A stretch of DNA of 64,000 nt from Gammaproteobacteria bacterium (GTDB taxonomy: Bacteria; Pseudomonadota; Gammaproteobacteria; Eutrophobiales; Eutrophobiaceae), in NCBI GenBank assembly GCA_965221695.1, contig OZ244905.1, forward strand, positions 224,001-288,000. The letters are read 5' to 3'. The notes beneath the pieces were generated by a model. It saw nothing but the letters and a program-made list of their open reading frames with translations, searched no databases and was not told the DNA's origin. Shown here one piece after another: positions 30,067 to 40,624 of the stretch (positions are counted from its first letter, which is position 1; every line of letters begins with the position of its first letter). The translations under genes were made by a program, and so were the position numbers.

Positions 30067-32103
30067 ATGACCCAAACCACAGAAACGATAAAAAGCAACT
30101 GCCCCCGGGACTGTTATGACGGCTGCGGCATCAGTATTGAAAAGATAAACGGCCGCATCAGCCGGGTATTGGGCGATGCGACGCACCCGGTATCCCAAGG
30201 CCGGCTTTGCAACAAGTGCGCGATTGCCTATAACGGTGTCTGGCAGGATGAAACTGCGCGTTTGCTGTACCCGTTAAAGCGCACGGGAGAGAAAGGCAAA
30301 GGCCAGTTTGAACGCATCAGTTGGGACGAGGCAATCGGCACGATCACCGGCCGTCTTAAACACGATGTGGCCAATCACGGTGCGCAATCGATCGTACATA
30401 CCCATTATTCCGGCACGTTGTCGCTGATTGCATTGCTGTTCCCGATGCGTTTTTTCCTGAAACTGGGTGCCGCGGAAGTCACCCCGGATACTATCTGTAA
30501 TGCTGCGGGCCATGCCGCGCTGACGTTGCTGTACGGCGAATCCCATATCGGTTTCGACCCGCGTACGATCCGTGATTCAAACTGCGTCCTAGTCTGGGGC
30601 GCGAACCCGTCCCACTCCGGACCGCACAGCCACAAACACTGGTTTGCTGAAGCTGACGTTAAAAAAATCGTAGTCGATCCTTTAAGCACAAAATCCGCGC
30701 AGGCGGCGGACATCCATTTGCAGCTATATCCCGGTTCGGACGCGGCTCTGGCTTACAGTCTGTTGCATGTCATGCACCGTGAATACCGGTTCGATGACGA
30801 CTTCATTCGCCGGCATACAGTGGGCAGTGATGAACTATTGCCTTTGATCAGCCGTTGCTCCCCGGAATGGGGCGAGCGCGAGACCGGCGTACCGGCGGCA
30901 TTGATCGAAGAGGCCGCAAGATGCTACGGCGCAGGTCCTTCCCTGTTATGGCTGGGCCAGGGTTTCCAACGCCAGTTAAACGGTGGTAATGCGATGCGAG
31001 CCGTAGGTTTGTTGCCGGCCATGACGGGAAATATCGGAAAACCCGGTTCCGGATTTACCTACGTGAACCATACGCCCGCGCTTGCCGGTCTGGATTTTGA
31101 TGCAATGGCCGGCGCGCAGCTTGCTGTTGCCGAACCCGAATCGGTCAGCCATATGGACTTTGCGGAACAGCTCACCCGTTCGGATCGTTTCAAATCGATG
31201 ATGATCTGGAACACCAATCCGGTGGCCTCGGCGCCCAACCAGGACAGGTTGCGCGCGGCGATGCAGAGAGAAGACCTGTTTACGGTCGTTATCGACTGTT
31301 TTCAGACGGATTCTGCGGATTACGCGGACATCGTTCTGCCTGCAGCGAGCTTCCTGGAGTTTGACGACCTGACTTTCAGCTATTTTCATTTCAATATCGG
31401 CGTTCAATCGAAGGCAACGGAACCGCTGGGCGAGGCGCTGCCGAACCAGGAAATCTTCCGGCGGTTGGCAAAAGGCATGGGTTACACGGAACGCGAACTG
31501 TTTGAAACGGATGAAGACCTGATCGCATTGATGTTGGACCAGATGGGAGTGCAGGGCGGTTTTAAGCAATTCCAGCAACGAGGCTGGCAATCGATCAGCG
31601 CCGAGCCAATGATTCCCTGGTCAGAACTGAAATTTCCGACACCAAGCGGGAAGGTAGAACTGGCCTGTGCCACCGCAGAGTCACAAGGATTACCGCGGAT
31701 TCCGCAAGCAACAGTCGATGCCAGGGACAACGGCGAACTGTTGCGCCTGGTTACCCCGGCCTCGGATTACCGTATGAACGATTCCTACGCCAATGACCCT
31801 AAACTCGCGCGCAACGCCGGTGAGCCGGAAGTCCATATCCACCCGCAGGATGCAGAACGTTACGGGATCGTGAACGGCGCGCCGGTTACGCTGAGCAATG
31901 AGAACGGCAGCCTGACACTGACCGCGACTATAGATGACATCGCAATGCCTGGCGTCGTCGTCTCCTACAAGGGCCGCTGGCCAAAACAGGAGCAGCAAGG
32001 AAAGAACGTGAACGCACTGCACATCGGACAAAAAGCGGACATGGCGGAGAGTTCCAGCGTACATAGCACGCAGGTGAGGGTGAGTCCTTGTGCCTCTGGT
32101 TAG
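30067..32103 (+). CDS. Molybdopterin (bis-MGD) oxidoreductase, DMSO reductase superfamily
   Basis: CPRDCYDGC...C Fe-S motif, RLLYPLKR.G.KG.G.FERISWDEA, WGANP and YADIVLPAA motifs; start placed at MTQTT. Confidence 0.9.
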   Translation: MTQTTETIKSNCPRDCYDGCGISIEKINGRISRVLGDATHPVSQGRLCNKCAIAYNGVWQDETARLLYPLKRTGEKGKGQFERISWDEAIGTITGRLKHDVANHGAQSIVHTHYSGTLSLIALLFPMRFFLKLGAAEVTPDTICNAAGHAALTLLYGESHIGFDPRTIRDSNCVLVWGANPSHSGPHSHKHWFAEADVKKIVVDPLSTKSAQAADIHLQLYPGSDAALAYSLLHVMHREYRFDDDFIRRHTVGSDELLPLISRCSPEWGERETGVPAALIEEAARCYGAGPSLLWLGQGFQRQLNGGNAMRAVGLLPAMTGNIGKPGSGFTYVNHTPALAGLDFDAMAGAQLAVAEPESVSHMDFAEQLTRSDRFKSMMIWNTNPVASAPNQDRLRAAMQREDLFTVVIDCFQTDSADYADIVLPAASFLEFDDLTFSYFHFNIGVQSKATEPLGEALPNQEIFRRLAKGMGYTERELFETDEDLIALMLDQMGVQGGFKQFQQRGWQSISAEPMIPWSELKFPTPSGKVELACATAESQGLPRIPQATVDARDNGELLRLVTPASDYRMNDSYANDPKLARNAGEPEVHIHPQDAERYGIVNGAPVTLSNENGSLTLTATIDDIAMPGVVVSYKGRWPKQEQQGKNVNALHIGQKADMAESSSVHSTQVRVSPCASG

Positions 32104-32146
32104 CCTGATAGTCTGCCCGGGTAAGTTTGGGTGTTTGGATATTCAG

Positions 32147-33175
32147 TTATGAACAAGCCCGAACCTCAACCCGAAACGCGCCGATTCGATCAACAGATAC
32201 CTCAAGCGTATCCCCGTGTTGATACTTCGGGTAGGCGACAGCCCGTATTTGTTTTATGTCGGTGAACTTGGGGACATCCACATTTTTTTCATCCTCGGCT
32301 ATTCCGCCACTCCCCAATGCGCCTATGAGAATAACATCTCCGGCTTGCAGTGCGTATCGGGATGTGACAAAGCTGACTGCCTCAGGTATGCCCAGTACGT
32401 AATCGTCTGTGTAGCCTTTTTGATGCAACCCACCGTTAACTCTTAAACTAACCGCCATTAAGTCGTTATGGTTGATACCGGTAGCGATCCAGGGGCCCAG
32501 GGGGCAGAACCCAGGATAGTTCTTGGCCCGGTCAAAATCATTCACAGCAATTTCCGGCGCAAAACCATCGAATGCGCCGGTGTATCCAAAAATGAAATCC
32601 TTGGCATCTTCAGCGCTCACATTGCTGGCTCGCCGACTCATGATAACAGCCAACTCTGCGCTACCGCTGATGCCGGTAGCGCCTTTTGGAATGCAGACGC
32701 CGGCGCCGGGACCAGCAAGCGCTGAGCTCGGTTTTTCAAATATGGCAGGTGGTTTCAACGCCGAAACCGAATTATTGCCGGTGTTGCTGATGTCTTCACC
32801 TATCATCTTGCTGCGATGCCAATAACTGTTACTGCCCAGGCCAATTATTTTGTTTGGCGATACCGGGGCCAGCAATCGAACGTCATCGAGCGGTATTGAT
32901 CTGTCAGACACCGAATAATCACCGAACAGCTCGCCGTCTATGCCAACGACAGTTTCGCCTTGTACGAGTCCGAACTCGATATGATCGCGGTATTCGTACC
33001 TGGCGATGAAGCGTGTGGATTCATTTACAGTGGTCGCCGCATCGAAAGATGAGGAGAACCTGTTGCTGTTTGTGTCCTCGTTTCGGCTGAGTGACAGAGT
33101 AGGGTGCAATAAGGCCGTTAAACCGGTTGCCGCGCAGGCTTTAAGCAAGCGCCGTCTTGTGTAATGTCTGTTCAT
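32147..33175 (-). CDS. Fumarylacetoacetate hydrolase family protein with Tat leader
   Basis: TRRRLLK leader; LLAPVSP.KIIG.G.N, F.KPSSA, FCPLGPWI and L.AGDVI motifs. Confidence 0.8.
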   Translation of the reverse strand: MNRHYTRRRLLKACAATGLTALLHPTLSLSRNEDTNSNRFSSSFDAATTVNESTRFIARYEYRDHIEFGLVQGETVVGIDGELFGDYSVSDRSIPLDDVRLLAPVSPNKIIGLGSNSYWHRSKMIGEDISNTGNNSVSALKPPAIFEKPSSALAGPGAGVCIPKGATGISGSAELAVIMSRRASNVSAEDAKDFIFGYTGAFDGFAPEIAVNDFDRAKNYPGFCPLGPWIATGINHNDLMAVSLRVNGGLHQKGYTDDYVLGIPEAVSFVTSRYALQAGDVILIGALGSGGIAEDEKNVDVPKFTDIKQIRAVAYPKYQHGDTLEVSVDRIGAFRVEVRACS

Positions 33176-34614
33176 CGTTTTGGTGGAGCATTCTTGTCAG
33201 GAAGTCTGGAGGCTAGCTCCCGTTTGACGCTGGCCAGGGCTTCTTTCCGGGCCAGGTTATTCCATTCATCGGGATCGTTTTTGTGATCGTACAACTCTTC
33301 TGAACCATCGGACCAGCGTGTGTATCGGTAGCGTTCGCTTCTCACGCTGTGATTACGGAAGCCCGCGGTAGTCAGCGCGATATGCTCCCAGGAGGCATTG
33401 CTGTTTTCAAGCAGAGAGACCAGGCTGTTGCCTTCCACATGTTGCGGCGTCTCCAGCCCGGACAGTTCAGCCAATGTGGGATAGAGGTCCATCAGGGAAA
33501 CCGGCCGGTCGGTGTGGGAATCCGGGGTGGTAACACCCGGGGCAACAATAATTAGAGGAATGCGTGTCACGTCTTCCCATAACGTGTCCTTACGCCAGCG
33601 TTCCTTTTCACCCAGGTGGAACCCGTGATCGGATATCAGCACAATAATGGTATTCTGCGCGCGCTCACTGGCGTCAAGCGCATCCATAATTCTGCCTACC
33701 TGGGCGTCGGCGAAACTGATGCCGGCAAGATAGGCGCGCACAGCATCGTGCCAATTCCCGGTTTCTGCAACCCAGCGATGCTCGGCCATCGGAGGTTTGT
33801 CGGTTAATTCAAGAAAGGGGCGGGTTGCAGTGTGTGGCACATCTTCCAGGTCGCCCGATGTTGTCCTGGGGAGGCTGATGGATTTAACCGGGTAAAGGTC
33901 GAAGTAGCGTTTGGGTGTGTACCATGGGAGATGGGGGCGATAAATGCCTGCGGCAATAAATCTTTGGCCAACGGTTTTTTGAGTAATCTGTTTGGTGATC
34001 CATGTTGTTGTTCTTCCATCGCCCATTGTCCCGTCGGTGATGTCCAGGGCAGCCCAGTCAAATGTGCTTGACACCGGGTTGCCATTGGCAGGTTTTACCT
34101 CCGGGGTAATTTCTTCAGGCAATTGCTGCGCAACTGACGGATAAAACCCGTCCCATGCTGCCGGGTCATTATATCCTTTCAATCCTTCCGGTTCGAAGGT
34201 ATGCGCATGAAATATCTTGCCGGCGCCAAGCGTAATATAGCCGTTATTTTTGAAGTACTTGGGCAGGGAAGGCGCCGAGTTGAAGATAGCCAGTTCCCGC
34301 CAGTCCGGGCGGTTGTCATAAACACCGGTTGTCGCAGGTGTAAGCCCTGTCAGCAAGGCAGTGCGGGACGGACTGCAAAGCGGCGCCGGCGCGTGCGCAT
34401 TGCGGAATGTCATTCCCCTGGCCGCGAGTCTGTCGATATTTGGTGTGTGTGCTTGAGGGTGACCACCGAGCGGGCCAACCCAATCATTCAAGTCATCCAC
34501 TATTATCAATAATACGTCGGGTCTGTGCACCGGCGCGCCGGCGCTAAAACCTGAAACCAGGCACAGAACGACGGCAAACATCCCAGTGAGCAACGGACTT
34601 GATTTACCGGTCAT
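33172..34614 (-). CDS. Formylglycine-dependent sulfatase (iduronate-2-sulfatase/choline-sulfatase-like)
   Basis: IIVDDLND, CSPSRTALLTG, GKIFH, RPHLP and SDHGFHLGEK motifs. Confidence 0.92.
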   Translation of the reverse strand: MTGKSSPLLTGMFAVVLCLVSGFSAGAPVHRPDVLLIIVDDLNDWVGPLGGHPQAHTPNIDRLAARGMTFRNAHAPAPLCSPSRTALLTGLTPATTGVYDNRPDWRELAIFNSAPSLPKYFKNNGYITLGAGKIFHAHTFEPEGLKGYNDPAAWDGFYPSVAQQLPEEITPEVKPANGNPVSSTFDWAALDITDGTMGDGRTTTWITKQITQKTVGQRFIAAGIYRPHLPWYTPKRYFDLYPVKSISLPRTTSGDLEDVPHTATRPFLELTDKPPMAEHRWVAETGNWHDAVRAYLAGISFADAQVGRIMDALDASERAQNTIIVLISDHGFHLGEKERWRKDTLWEDVTRIPLIIVAPGVTTPDSHTDRPVSLMDLYPTLAELSGLETPQHVEGNSLVSLLENSNASWEHIALTTAGFRNHSVRSERYRYTRWSDGSEELYDHKNDPDEWNNLARKEALASVKRELASRLPDKNAPPKR

Positions 34615-34663
34615 ATAATATGCGGTGGCAGAGCAATTTTCTCCGATCGAGACAACCAATATT

Positions 34664-35173
34664 TCAGTAGCCGTACAATTCTTCACTCGTGAGCGAGAAC
34701 CCGAACCAGGAGGCCAGGGTGGAAAGCCACTGGTCCAGGTAATAGTCAAGACCATCGATTGCCGTTTCAGGAGAGGAACCGGCAATAACCATTACCTCCT
34801 GGTTATCCGTCCATACATTCTGTTTGATATAAATGGCATTGTTGCCGGGTTCGGAGAGCCATATCCGTTCTTCCTCAATCAGAACCAGGGATAAGATCTC
34901 GCCGAAGTCCTGCAACTCATTCATCCCGGCTATGATGACAATACGCAAAGCGTGGTTATGGGTCTCTAATTGGCTGGGTTCCACCTGCTGGTAGGCCACA
35001 GACTTATTATCAAGAAAATCAGTGAGTTTGCCAGCGCCTGAATAGGTGTCGCCGGTTGCGACAAGATACAGCGTTTCCTCGGACTCGGACGCGAGCGTCG
35101 TGGCGGTGGGCGCCGCGTTTAAACAAAGCGTCGCTACTACAATATTGAATAGCAGAATAAAATGACGGTTCAT
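34664..35173 (-). CDS. Hypothetical exported protein
   Basis: Signal-peptide-like N-terminus; tightly packed in the operon. Confidence 0.6.
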   Translation of the reverse strand: MNRHFILLFNIVVATLCLNAAPTATTLASESEETLYLVATGDTYSGAGKLTDFLDNKSVAYQQVEPSQLETHNHALRIVIIAGMNELQDFGEILSLVLIEEERIWLSEPGNNAIYIKQNVWTDNQEVMVIAGSSPETAIDGLDYYLDQWLSTLASWFGFSLTSEELYGY

Positions 35174-35185
35174 CTGGTGATGGTA

Positions 35186-36532
35186 CTAGCGCAACGCATC
35201 GGGCTTGAGTTTCCAGGTATCCGCATTCGGGGGGGTAACCTTCAATTCAGACCTTGGCAGGTCGGCAAACCTGTCGCAGTGATCATACGAGTAAGCATGT
35301 GCGCGGGCCAGGGACCATAATGGTTTTTGATCGCTGTTGAATGCGACGTATTCCCAGACAATCTCACCGCCGTCGGGATGCGTCTCGTCCGGCCTGACCT
35401 GAAAAATCCGTCCGGTATTATCCTCGGATATCAGCGTATTGCCGTTGGGCAGCCGTTGTACCGAACCCCTCGAATGGCTGTGAAAACGCAACGTCCTGCC
35501 CGCGGTCTGGTATTTCCAGACTATCCTGTTCGTGGAGGGATCAATTTCCACGATCAACGACACGCCATGGTGTGACTCATCCGGCGAGTATGCGCCATTG
35601 TCAAATACCAGGAAATTTCCGGCGCCGGGAAGCTCGGGCGCGATCATATGCGCCTCGTGTTGCCCGGCAAAGCCGCCCAGGTAACGATGGCTGCCTTTAT
35701 ATACTATCTCCCCTGAATCTCTATCTATCACCCAGAAATGGGGCAGGTTGCGGGTATTGTATACAACGTTTCCGGGCTTGAAACGCTGGTCGCCCGCATC
35801 ATACCACTTGTTTTGCGGGATAATCCTGGCCGCATTGCCATGTGACCAGTCAATCAGGCGTTTCCACCCGGGCAGAAAATCATTGATATCAATATGCTCG
35901 TGCGCGGCCCAGGTCCAGGTTATTTCACCTTCCGGAGTGACATAGGCCAATTCGTCGCCTATCAACTGCAGGCCTTTACGGTTTATCTTGCCGAAATACG
36001 GATAATCAACGTTTTCGACCGTATCCAGAATTTCCTGCGGCACTTGCACGCTGTACATGACCAGCGTGTCGCCGTTGGGATGCCGCTCGAAATCGTGATG
36101 CAGCATATGGGACTGCTGTGCGCTCATCCTGCCCCCGATTCCGGACTGCTCCGGTCGCCAGCGCCACAGTTCGTTACTGTCCCAATCGTAGTCAACGATG
36201 TGGTTCAAACCTCTTTGCTCGCTTTCTTCTATCATTGACAGGCTGCAGGTTCCGGGATTCAGGCGATAGCGTTGCCAACTGCTGACTTTCCATTCATGAA
36301 CGACATTGCCGTTCATATCGATGAGCCGGGCCGGTTCCGGGCTGCGCGCCACATCTTTACCCGCGCCGTAGTTTGAGACCAGCGGAAGCAAAGTATAGGC
36401 ATTATAGGCTTTTTCAGGATCGTAGCGGGTAACACCGGTGGGGTAGACGGAAGGATAAGCCTGTACAAATTGTGTAACGGACAACACGGATAACCATGCG
36501 AGGACGGTTCGCAATGTATTGGTATGGAGCAT
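35186..36532 (-). CDS. Arylsulfate sulfotransferase (ASST) family beta-propeller
   Basis: YPTGVT.Y.P.KAYN, LIDMNGNVVH.W, HHDF.R, DW.H.N, GQH.AH, VFDNG and QRLPNGNTLI.E motifs. Confidence 0.85.
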   Translation of the reverse strand: MLHTNTLRTVLAWLSVLSVTQFVQAYPSVYPTGVTRYDPEKAYNAYTLLPLVSNYGAGKDVARSPEPARLIDMNGNVVHEWKVSSWQRYRLNPGTCSLSMIEESEQRGLNHIVDYDWDSNELWRWRPEQSGIGGRMSAQQSHMLHHDFERHPNGDTLVMYSVQVPQEILDTVENVDYPYFGKINRKGLQLIGDELAYVTPEGEITWTWAAHEHIDINDFLPGWKRLIDWSHGNAARIIPQNKWYDAGDQRFKPGNVVYNTRNLPHFWVIDRDSGEIVYKGSHRYLGGFAGQHEAHMIAPELPGAGNFLVFDNGAYSPDESHHGVSLIVEIDPSTNRIVWKYQTAGRTLRFHSHSRGSVQRLPNGNTLISEDNTGRIFQVRPDETHPDGGEIVWEYVAFNSDQKPLWSLARAHAYSYDHCDRFADLPRSELKVTPPNADTWKLKPDALR

Positions 36533-36548
36533 TTTGTGCGGCCTGCCG

Positions 36549-39410
36549 TCAGAATGAGCGTTTGACTTCAAGAAACCATCCCAATGGCTCGCCGATTTGT
36601 TCAACACGGTAACCTTCCCGTCCCAGGTCGCCCACCCTTGCCTGGTTCGGCGTGGTGCCGGTAAAATCGACTCCCGTATTGATATAGTCTTCGTCCAGAC
36701 AATTCCGGCAGGATAATGCCACAGCCCATTTTTCATCTATTGTCGTGTATTCAATCCTGCCTGTGACAAGTCCATAGGAATCGATTTTAATCGTTCTTGT
36801 TTGCGCATCGGATGAGTACTGATCGGCGCGCCAACCGTAGTTCACGCTGGTCCGGATTGAACCAAAATCCAACCGGGCGGTATGATTCAAAGCCAGCGAA
36901 AAAGTCAGGTCAGGCAGCCTGGCCAACTCGGAATCAATAAGAACATCGCCGGATACCTCAGGCGCTACCGTTGTCCATTCTCCATCAAGGATGCCGACAG
37001 CCGCGGCGATATCCAGGCTTTCCGAAAGTACGATCATCACGTCAATTTCAGCGCCATAGGTCTCCGCGTTGCCTGCATTGGTAATAAACTTGGTGCCGTC
37101 AGGTTGGAGTTTTCTGAGTTGTCTTCCGGACCAATCCTGAAAAAAACCGGTTGCATTGAAGCGAATCCGCCCATCGGCCAAGGTAGAACGAAATCCCGCC
37201 TCGTACAGGTCTACTTCTTCCGCTTCAAACGGCACAATCCCGAAATTTCCACTCGGTCCGAATTTCAACTCCAATTCATTGTTGAAACCGCCACTGGTAA
37301 AACCGGTGCTGGCCGTGAAATAGGTCATCAGGTTGTCAGTCCAATGGTATTGGACGCTGGCGCGCCATGTTGACTCGTTCCAGGTGTCGCTGGCGGATGC
37401 CGATGAGGGAATTCCGGGGCCATTGATCAGCGCGAGAATCTCCGGGTTGCTGGTTGGATCAAAGTTGCGATCCCGACTGCGAATTTGCTCGTCTCCAAAT
37501 GCCGTGAGTTCCTTTTTATCTTCAGTCCAGCGATAGCCCAGGGTCAGGCTGAGATCATCCAAAAGCTGATAGCTCCCTTCAACAAAAAGGGCAATAGCTT
37601 CTGCATCCAGCGTTTCCCGGCGAATAAAGACATCGGGAACACCGTCGTCGGAGCCGGTTGTAACTTCGTCAGGAGTCTCCTCGAAATAGAACAGACCCGC
37701 AGTCCAATCCAGGCGCTCATGATTGCCGTTGAATATAACTTCCTGGGAAAAGCTGTCATTGTTATAGTCACGCACTCGCTCGCGCCAGATGACAGGCGTA
37801 TAGTCATTGTCATATATCAGCAAAGGTTTGATGTTCAGGTAACCGGTGCGGCTTGTCACGGTCAGGTAGTCGTTGATATCCCAACTGATCTCTGCAGTGA
37901 AGATTTCCGTGATAATTTCTTCGGAATTCGTTATGCCGCCCTGTGTATTATCGCCATCCAGTACGCCGAATGAATTATTCAATACAGGGTCTAGCGCGCT
38001 GTTGTTTTCAGCCACGCCGTTAAATTCAGCGTTTCTCGCACGTGCAATGGTGCAAACCGAGCCGGGCGCACCCCGGACTTCTCTTGCGTTCAAAATGCCT
38101 CGTGCGATTATCCGGCATGGTTCGCCTTCTCCGCGAAGAGCATTGATATCCCAGTCAGTAATCTTGAACGCGGGGCCATTTCCTTTATCTTCTATATATG
38201 CGCCGGTGAGATCAACGGTGAGCGTATCCACCGGTCTGATGCGCAAACTGGCCCGTACCCCCCAGTTATCATAATCTCCGAGCTTCTGGGTGCCTTGGCT
38301 CTGATACTGAAGGGCAGCGGGGTTAGCAGCCGGGGCGATATTTCCCAACAGATTATCCACGTAACCATCCTGATCCCGGGAATAGGCGCTGACTCGTATG
38401 GCCGCTTTCTCTCCCAAGGGAATGTTCGCCATGCCGGTCACTTCAACCAGGTCACGGGATCCATATCCGGCCTTGATATAACCTTCGAACTTGTCCATGC
38501 TTGGTCTGTTCGAGTTATAACGGATGGCTCCGCCCGTGGTGTTACGGCCAAACAAAGTCCCCTGAGGTCCGCGCAATACTTCTATATTTTTGGCATCGAA
38601 CAGATCAACCATTGTTCCGCTCATTCTCGGCACATACACACCATCAAGGTATAAACCGACGGCGCCATCCGTATTGATTCGAACTTGGGTGCCAACACCG
38701 CGGATGGTCGCGCGCACTAAATTTGTGCCGGCCGTATTGTCTCCCCCGCCCAGTGAGATATTGACGGCATGAGTATCGAGGTCGAGCAGGCTGTCGATTC
38801 CCAGTTGCTCAATCTGATCCGCGTTGAATGCTGTCACGGAAATCGGCACATCCTGGAGATTTTCCTCGCGCTTGCGTGCAGTGACCATAATTTCTTCCAG
38901 GACGGTAGAATTGGCGCCGTTTTCAGATGGAGTTTGTCCACTGGCGTCGGGAACCGCTACAACTGCCGCCATCAGCGCGCCTATACCTGCAAATAGTGAT
39001 ATATTCTTCCCCGACCCGGTTTTTTGTTGTTCATTCATTTTCACGGTTTTATCCTCTTTATCGAACAATGCCGAACTCGTACGTGCAATGATCAGCACGC
39101 CTTTATCAGAACGTCTGCCTGAAAGCCCCGTTCCCAAGAGCATTAAATCCAGCGCCTGTTGTATCGTGTGCCGTCCTCTGACCGAATTTGCCCTGCTGTT
39201 ACTGGCCAGATCATAAGGAAACAACAAAGTGATTCCGGTCTGCCTTGCCAGGCTGTTCAGCGCATCAGCGGCATTGGTCGACGGGATATCCACATCGTAT
39301 CTTGTTTCGTCCTTGAACTGTCCACCAGCATACCCTGCAGCGCTGGTAAACAGTAATAGCAGGCAAATCAAGCTGCCCAAGCGTTTGCAGCGTTTCGATA
39401 CGCGCCGCAT
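36549..39410 (-). CDS. TonB-dependent transducer with N-terminal STN signalling domain
   Basis: DIP.....AL..LARQTG..LL.....V.G.....AL..ML.GTGL extension; LEEIMVTARKREE; terminal Phe. Confidence 0.92.
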   Translation of the reverse strand: MRRVSKRCKRLGSLICLLLLFTSAAGYAGGQFKDETRYDVDIPSTNAADALNSLARQTGITLLFPYDLASNSRANSVRGRHTIQQALDLMLLGTGLSGRRSDKGVLIIARTSSALFDKEDKTVKMNEQQKTGSGKNISLFAGIGALMAAVVAVPDASGQTPSENGANSTVLEEIMVTARKREENLQDVPISVTAFNADQIEQLGIDSLLDLDTHAVNISLGGGDNTAGTNLVRATIRGVGTQVRINTDGAVGLYLDGVYVPRMSGTMVDLFDAKNIEVLRGPQGTLFGRNTTGGAIRYNSNRPSMDKFEGYIKAGYGSRDLVEVTGMANIPLGEKAAIRVSAYSRDQDGYVDNLLGNIAPAANPAALQYQSQGTQKLGDYDNWGVRASLRIRPVDTLTVDLTGAYIEDKGNGPAFKITDWDINALRGEGEPCRIIARGILNAREVRGAPGSVCTIARARNAEFNGVAENNSALDPVLNNSFGVLDGDNTQGGITNSEEIITEIFTAEISWDINDYLTVTSRTGYLNIKPLLIYDNDYTPVIWRERVRDYNNDSFSQEVIFNGNHERLDWTAGLFYFEETPDEVTTGSDDGVPDVFIRRETLDAEAIALFVEGSYQLLDDLSLTLGYRWTEDKKELTAFGDEQIRSRDRNFDPTSNPEILALINGPGIPSSASASDTWNESTWRASVQYHWTDNLMTYFTASTGFTSGGFNNELELKFGPSGNFGIVPFEAEEVDLYEAGFRSTLADGRIRFNATGFFQDWSGRQLRKLQPDGTKFITNAGNAETYGAEIDVMIVLSESLDIAAAVGILDGEWTTVAPEVSGDVLIDSELARLPDLTFSLALNHTARLDFGSIRTSVNYGWRADQYSSDAQTRTIKIDSYGLVTGRIEYTTIDEKWAVALSCRNCLDEDYINTGVDFTGTTPNQARVGDLGREGYRVEQIGEPLGWFLEVKRSF

Positions 39411-39520
39411 TCCAGTTGCGTTCGGCTTGCTAAAATAATATCGGTGCGGTGCTTTCACGCTTGTCTGACAATAAATAAACGTTTGAAGTACGAAAAACCA
39501 CACCCCCAGGTATTGATATA

Positions 39521-40624
39521 TTATTCGGCGGATGCAATCTGAACAAAGTCATCACGCAGGCGGATAATCCGTAAATCAAAATTTGTTTCCAGGGAGAGCA
39601 GCATGGCATCGACATCGCCTATTCGAAACTGTCCTCCGATACGAATAGCCTTTAATGCGGGATCGATGATCTGTATAGTGACCGGGCTATAGCGGCTGAT
39701 TTCATTAATGACATCCTCCAAAGGGTCGCCCGTGAAAATCAACAAACCATTGCGCCAGGACATGCGCAGGGATAATTCCGTTTCATCCATATTCTGAACC
39801 AATTCAATCGTATTGTATGAAGCCTGCTCTTGCTCCGAAGCCAGCGCGCGAATGGTCGTAGCCTGACCTGCATCCAAAGTTCCCAAGGTGTGTTCGTAAT
39901 CATCTTCTGAAATTACCTGGCGCTCGAACCGCTCCTCCAGCGCTGACAGTTTGACGCGACCCTCGGTAACGAGAACGTCTACTCCATGCTTGTTTAACCT
40001 GACGGTAAACGCAGTGCCTACGGCTTCAACTCGCCCGCTTCCGGCGTAGACATGGAAAGGTCGTCGTGGAATTTCTGCCACATTGAAAAAAGCCTCTCCT
40101 TTCAACAAGTGGACATTGCGAACGGCTTCGCGATATTCCACTTCAACCTCGCTGTTTGTGTTGATATGAATGGTGGACCCATCCGGCAAAGACACGAGAG
40201 TTTGTTCTCCGACCATCGTGGAATAAACGGTATTGACGCCTGCCTCAGAAGCATTATGTTTCCAGGGTTGCTGATTGAGCGCCAGCACAAGGACTGCAAG
40301 CGCAATTGAAATCACGGCAAGATTTCGATTAAACACAAACTCCGTTATGCCGGCCCAGGTAAACAGTCTTTGGTTTGAGACAGCCTTACCGGTAACCGGC
40401 TTTCCCAACGGCACCGACAATTCCGTCAGAATATTCATCCTGTTATACAAACGGAGCAGCTTGCCGAGTTCTTCACGATGCGCGGGGCTGCGTTCAAGCC
40501 ATGCGCGCAACCGCATTATTTCATCGTCTGACAACCGGGTATCACCGTCGAGTCGCACCAGCCATTCACCGGCCTCGGTTTCGATGAGGTTTTTATCGGG
40601 AAATACGTAGATGTTATCTGTCAT
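39521..40624 (-). CDS. FecR-family anti-sigma/sensor
   Basis: EA.EWLVRL..WL..SPAH, T.VGE....LPDGS.I.INT.S, GEAFF.V, AVGTAF.V and SWRNG.LIF motifs. Confidence 0.92.
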   Translation of the reverse strand: MTDNIYVFPDKNLIETEAGEWLVRLDGDTRLSDDEIMRLRAWLERSPAHREELGKLLRLYNRMNILTELSVPLGKPVTGKAVSNQRLFTWAGITEFVFNRNLAVISIALAVLVLALNQQPWKHNASEAGVNTVYSTMVGEQTLVSLPDGSTIHINTNSEVEVEYREAVRNVHLLKGEAFFNVAEIPRRPFHVYAGSGRVEAVGTAFTVRLNKHGVDVLVTEGRVKLSALEERFERQVISEDDYEHTLGTLDAGQATTIRALASEQEQASYNTIELVQNMDETELSLRMSWRNGLLIFTGDPLEDVINEISRYSPVTIQIIDPALKAIRIGGQFRIGDVDAMLLSLETNFDLRIIRLRDDFVQIASAE

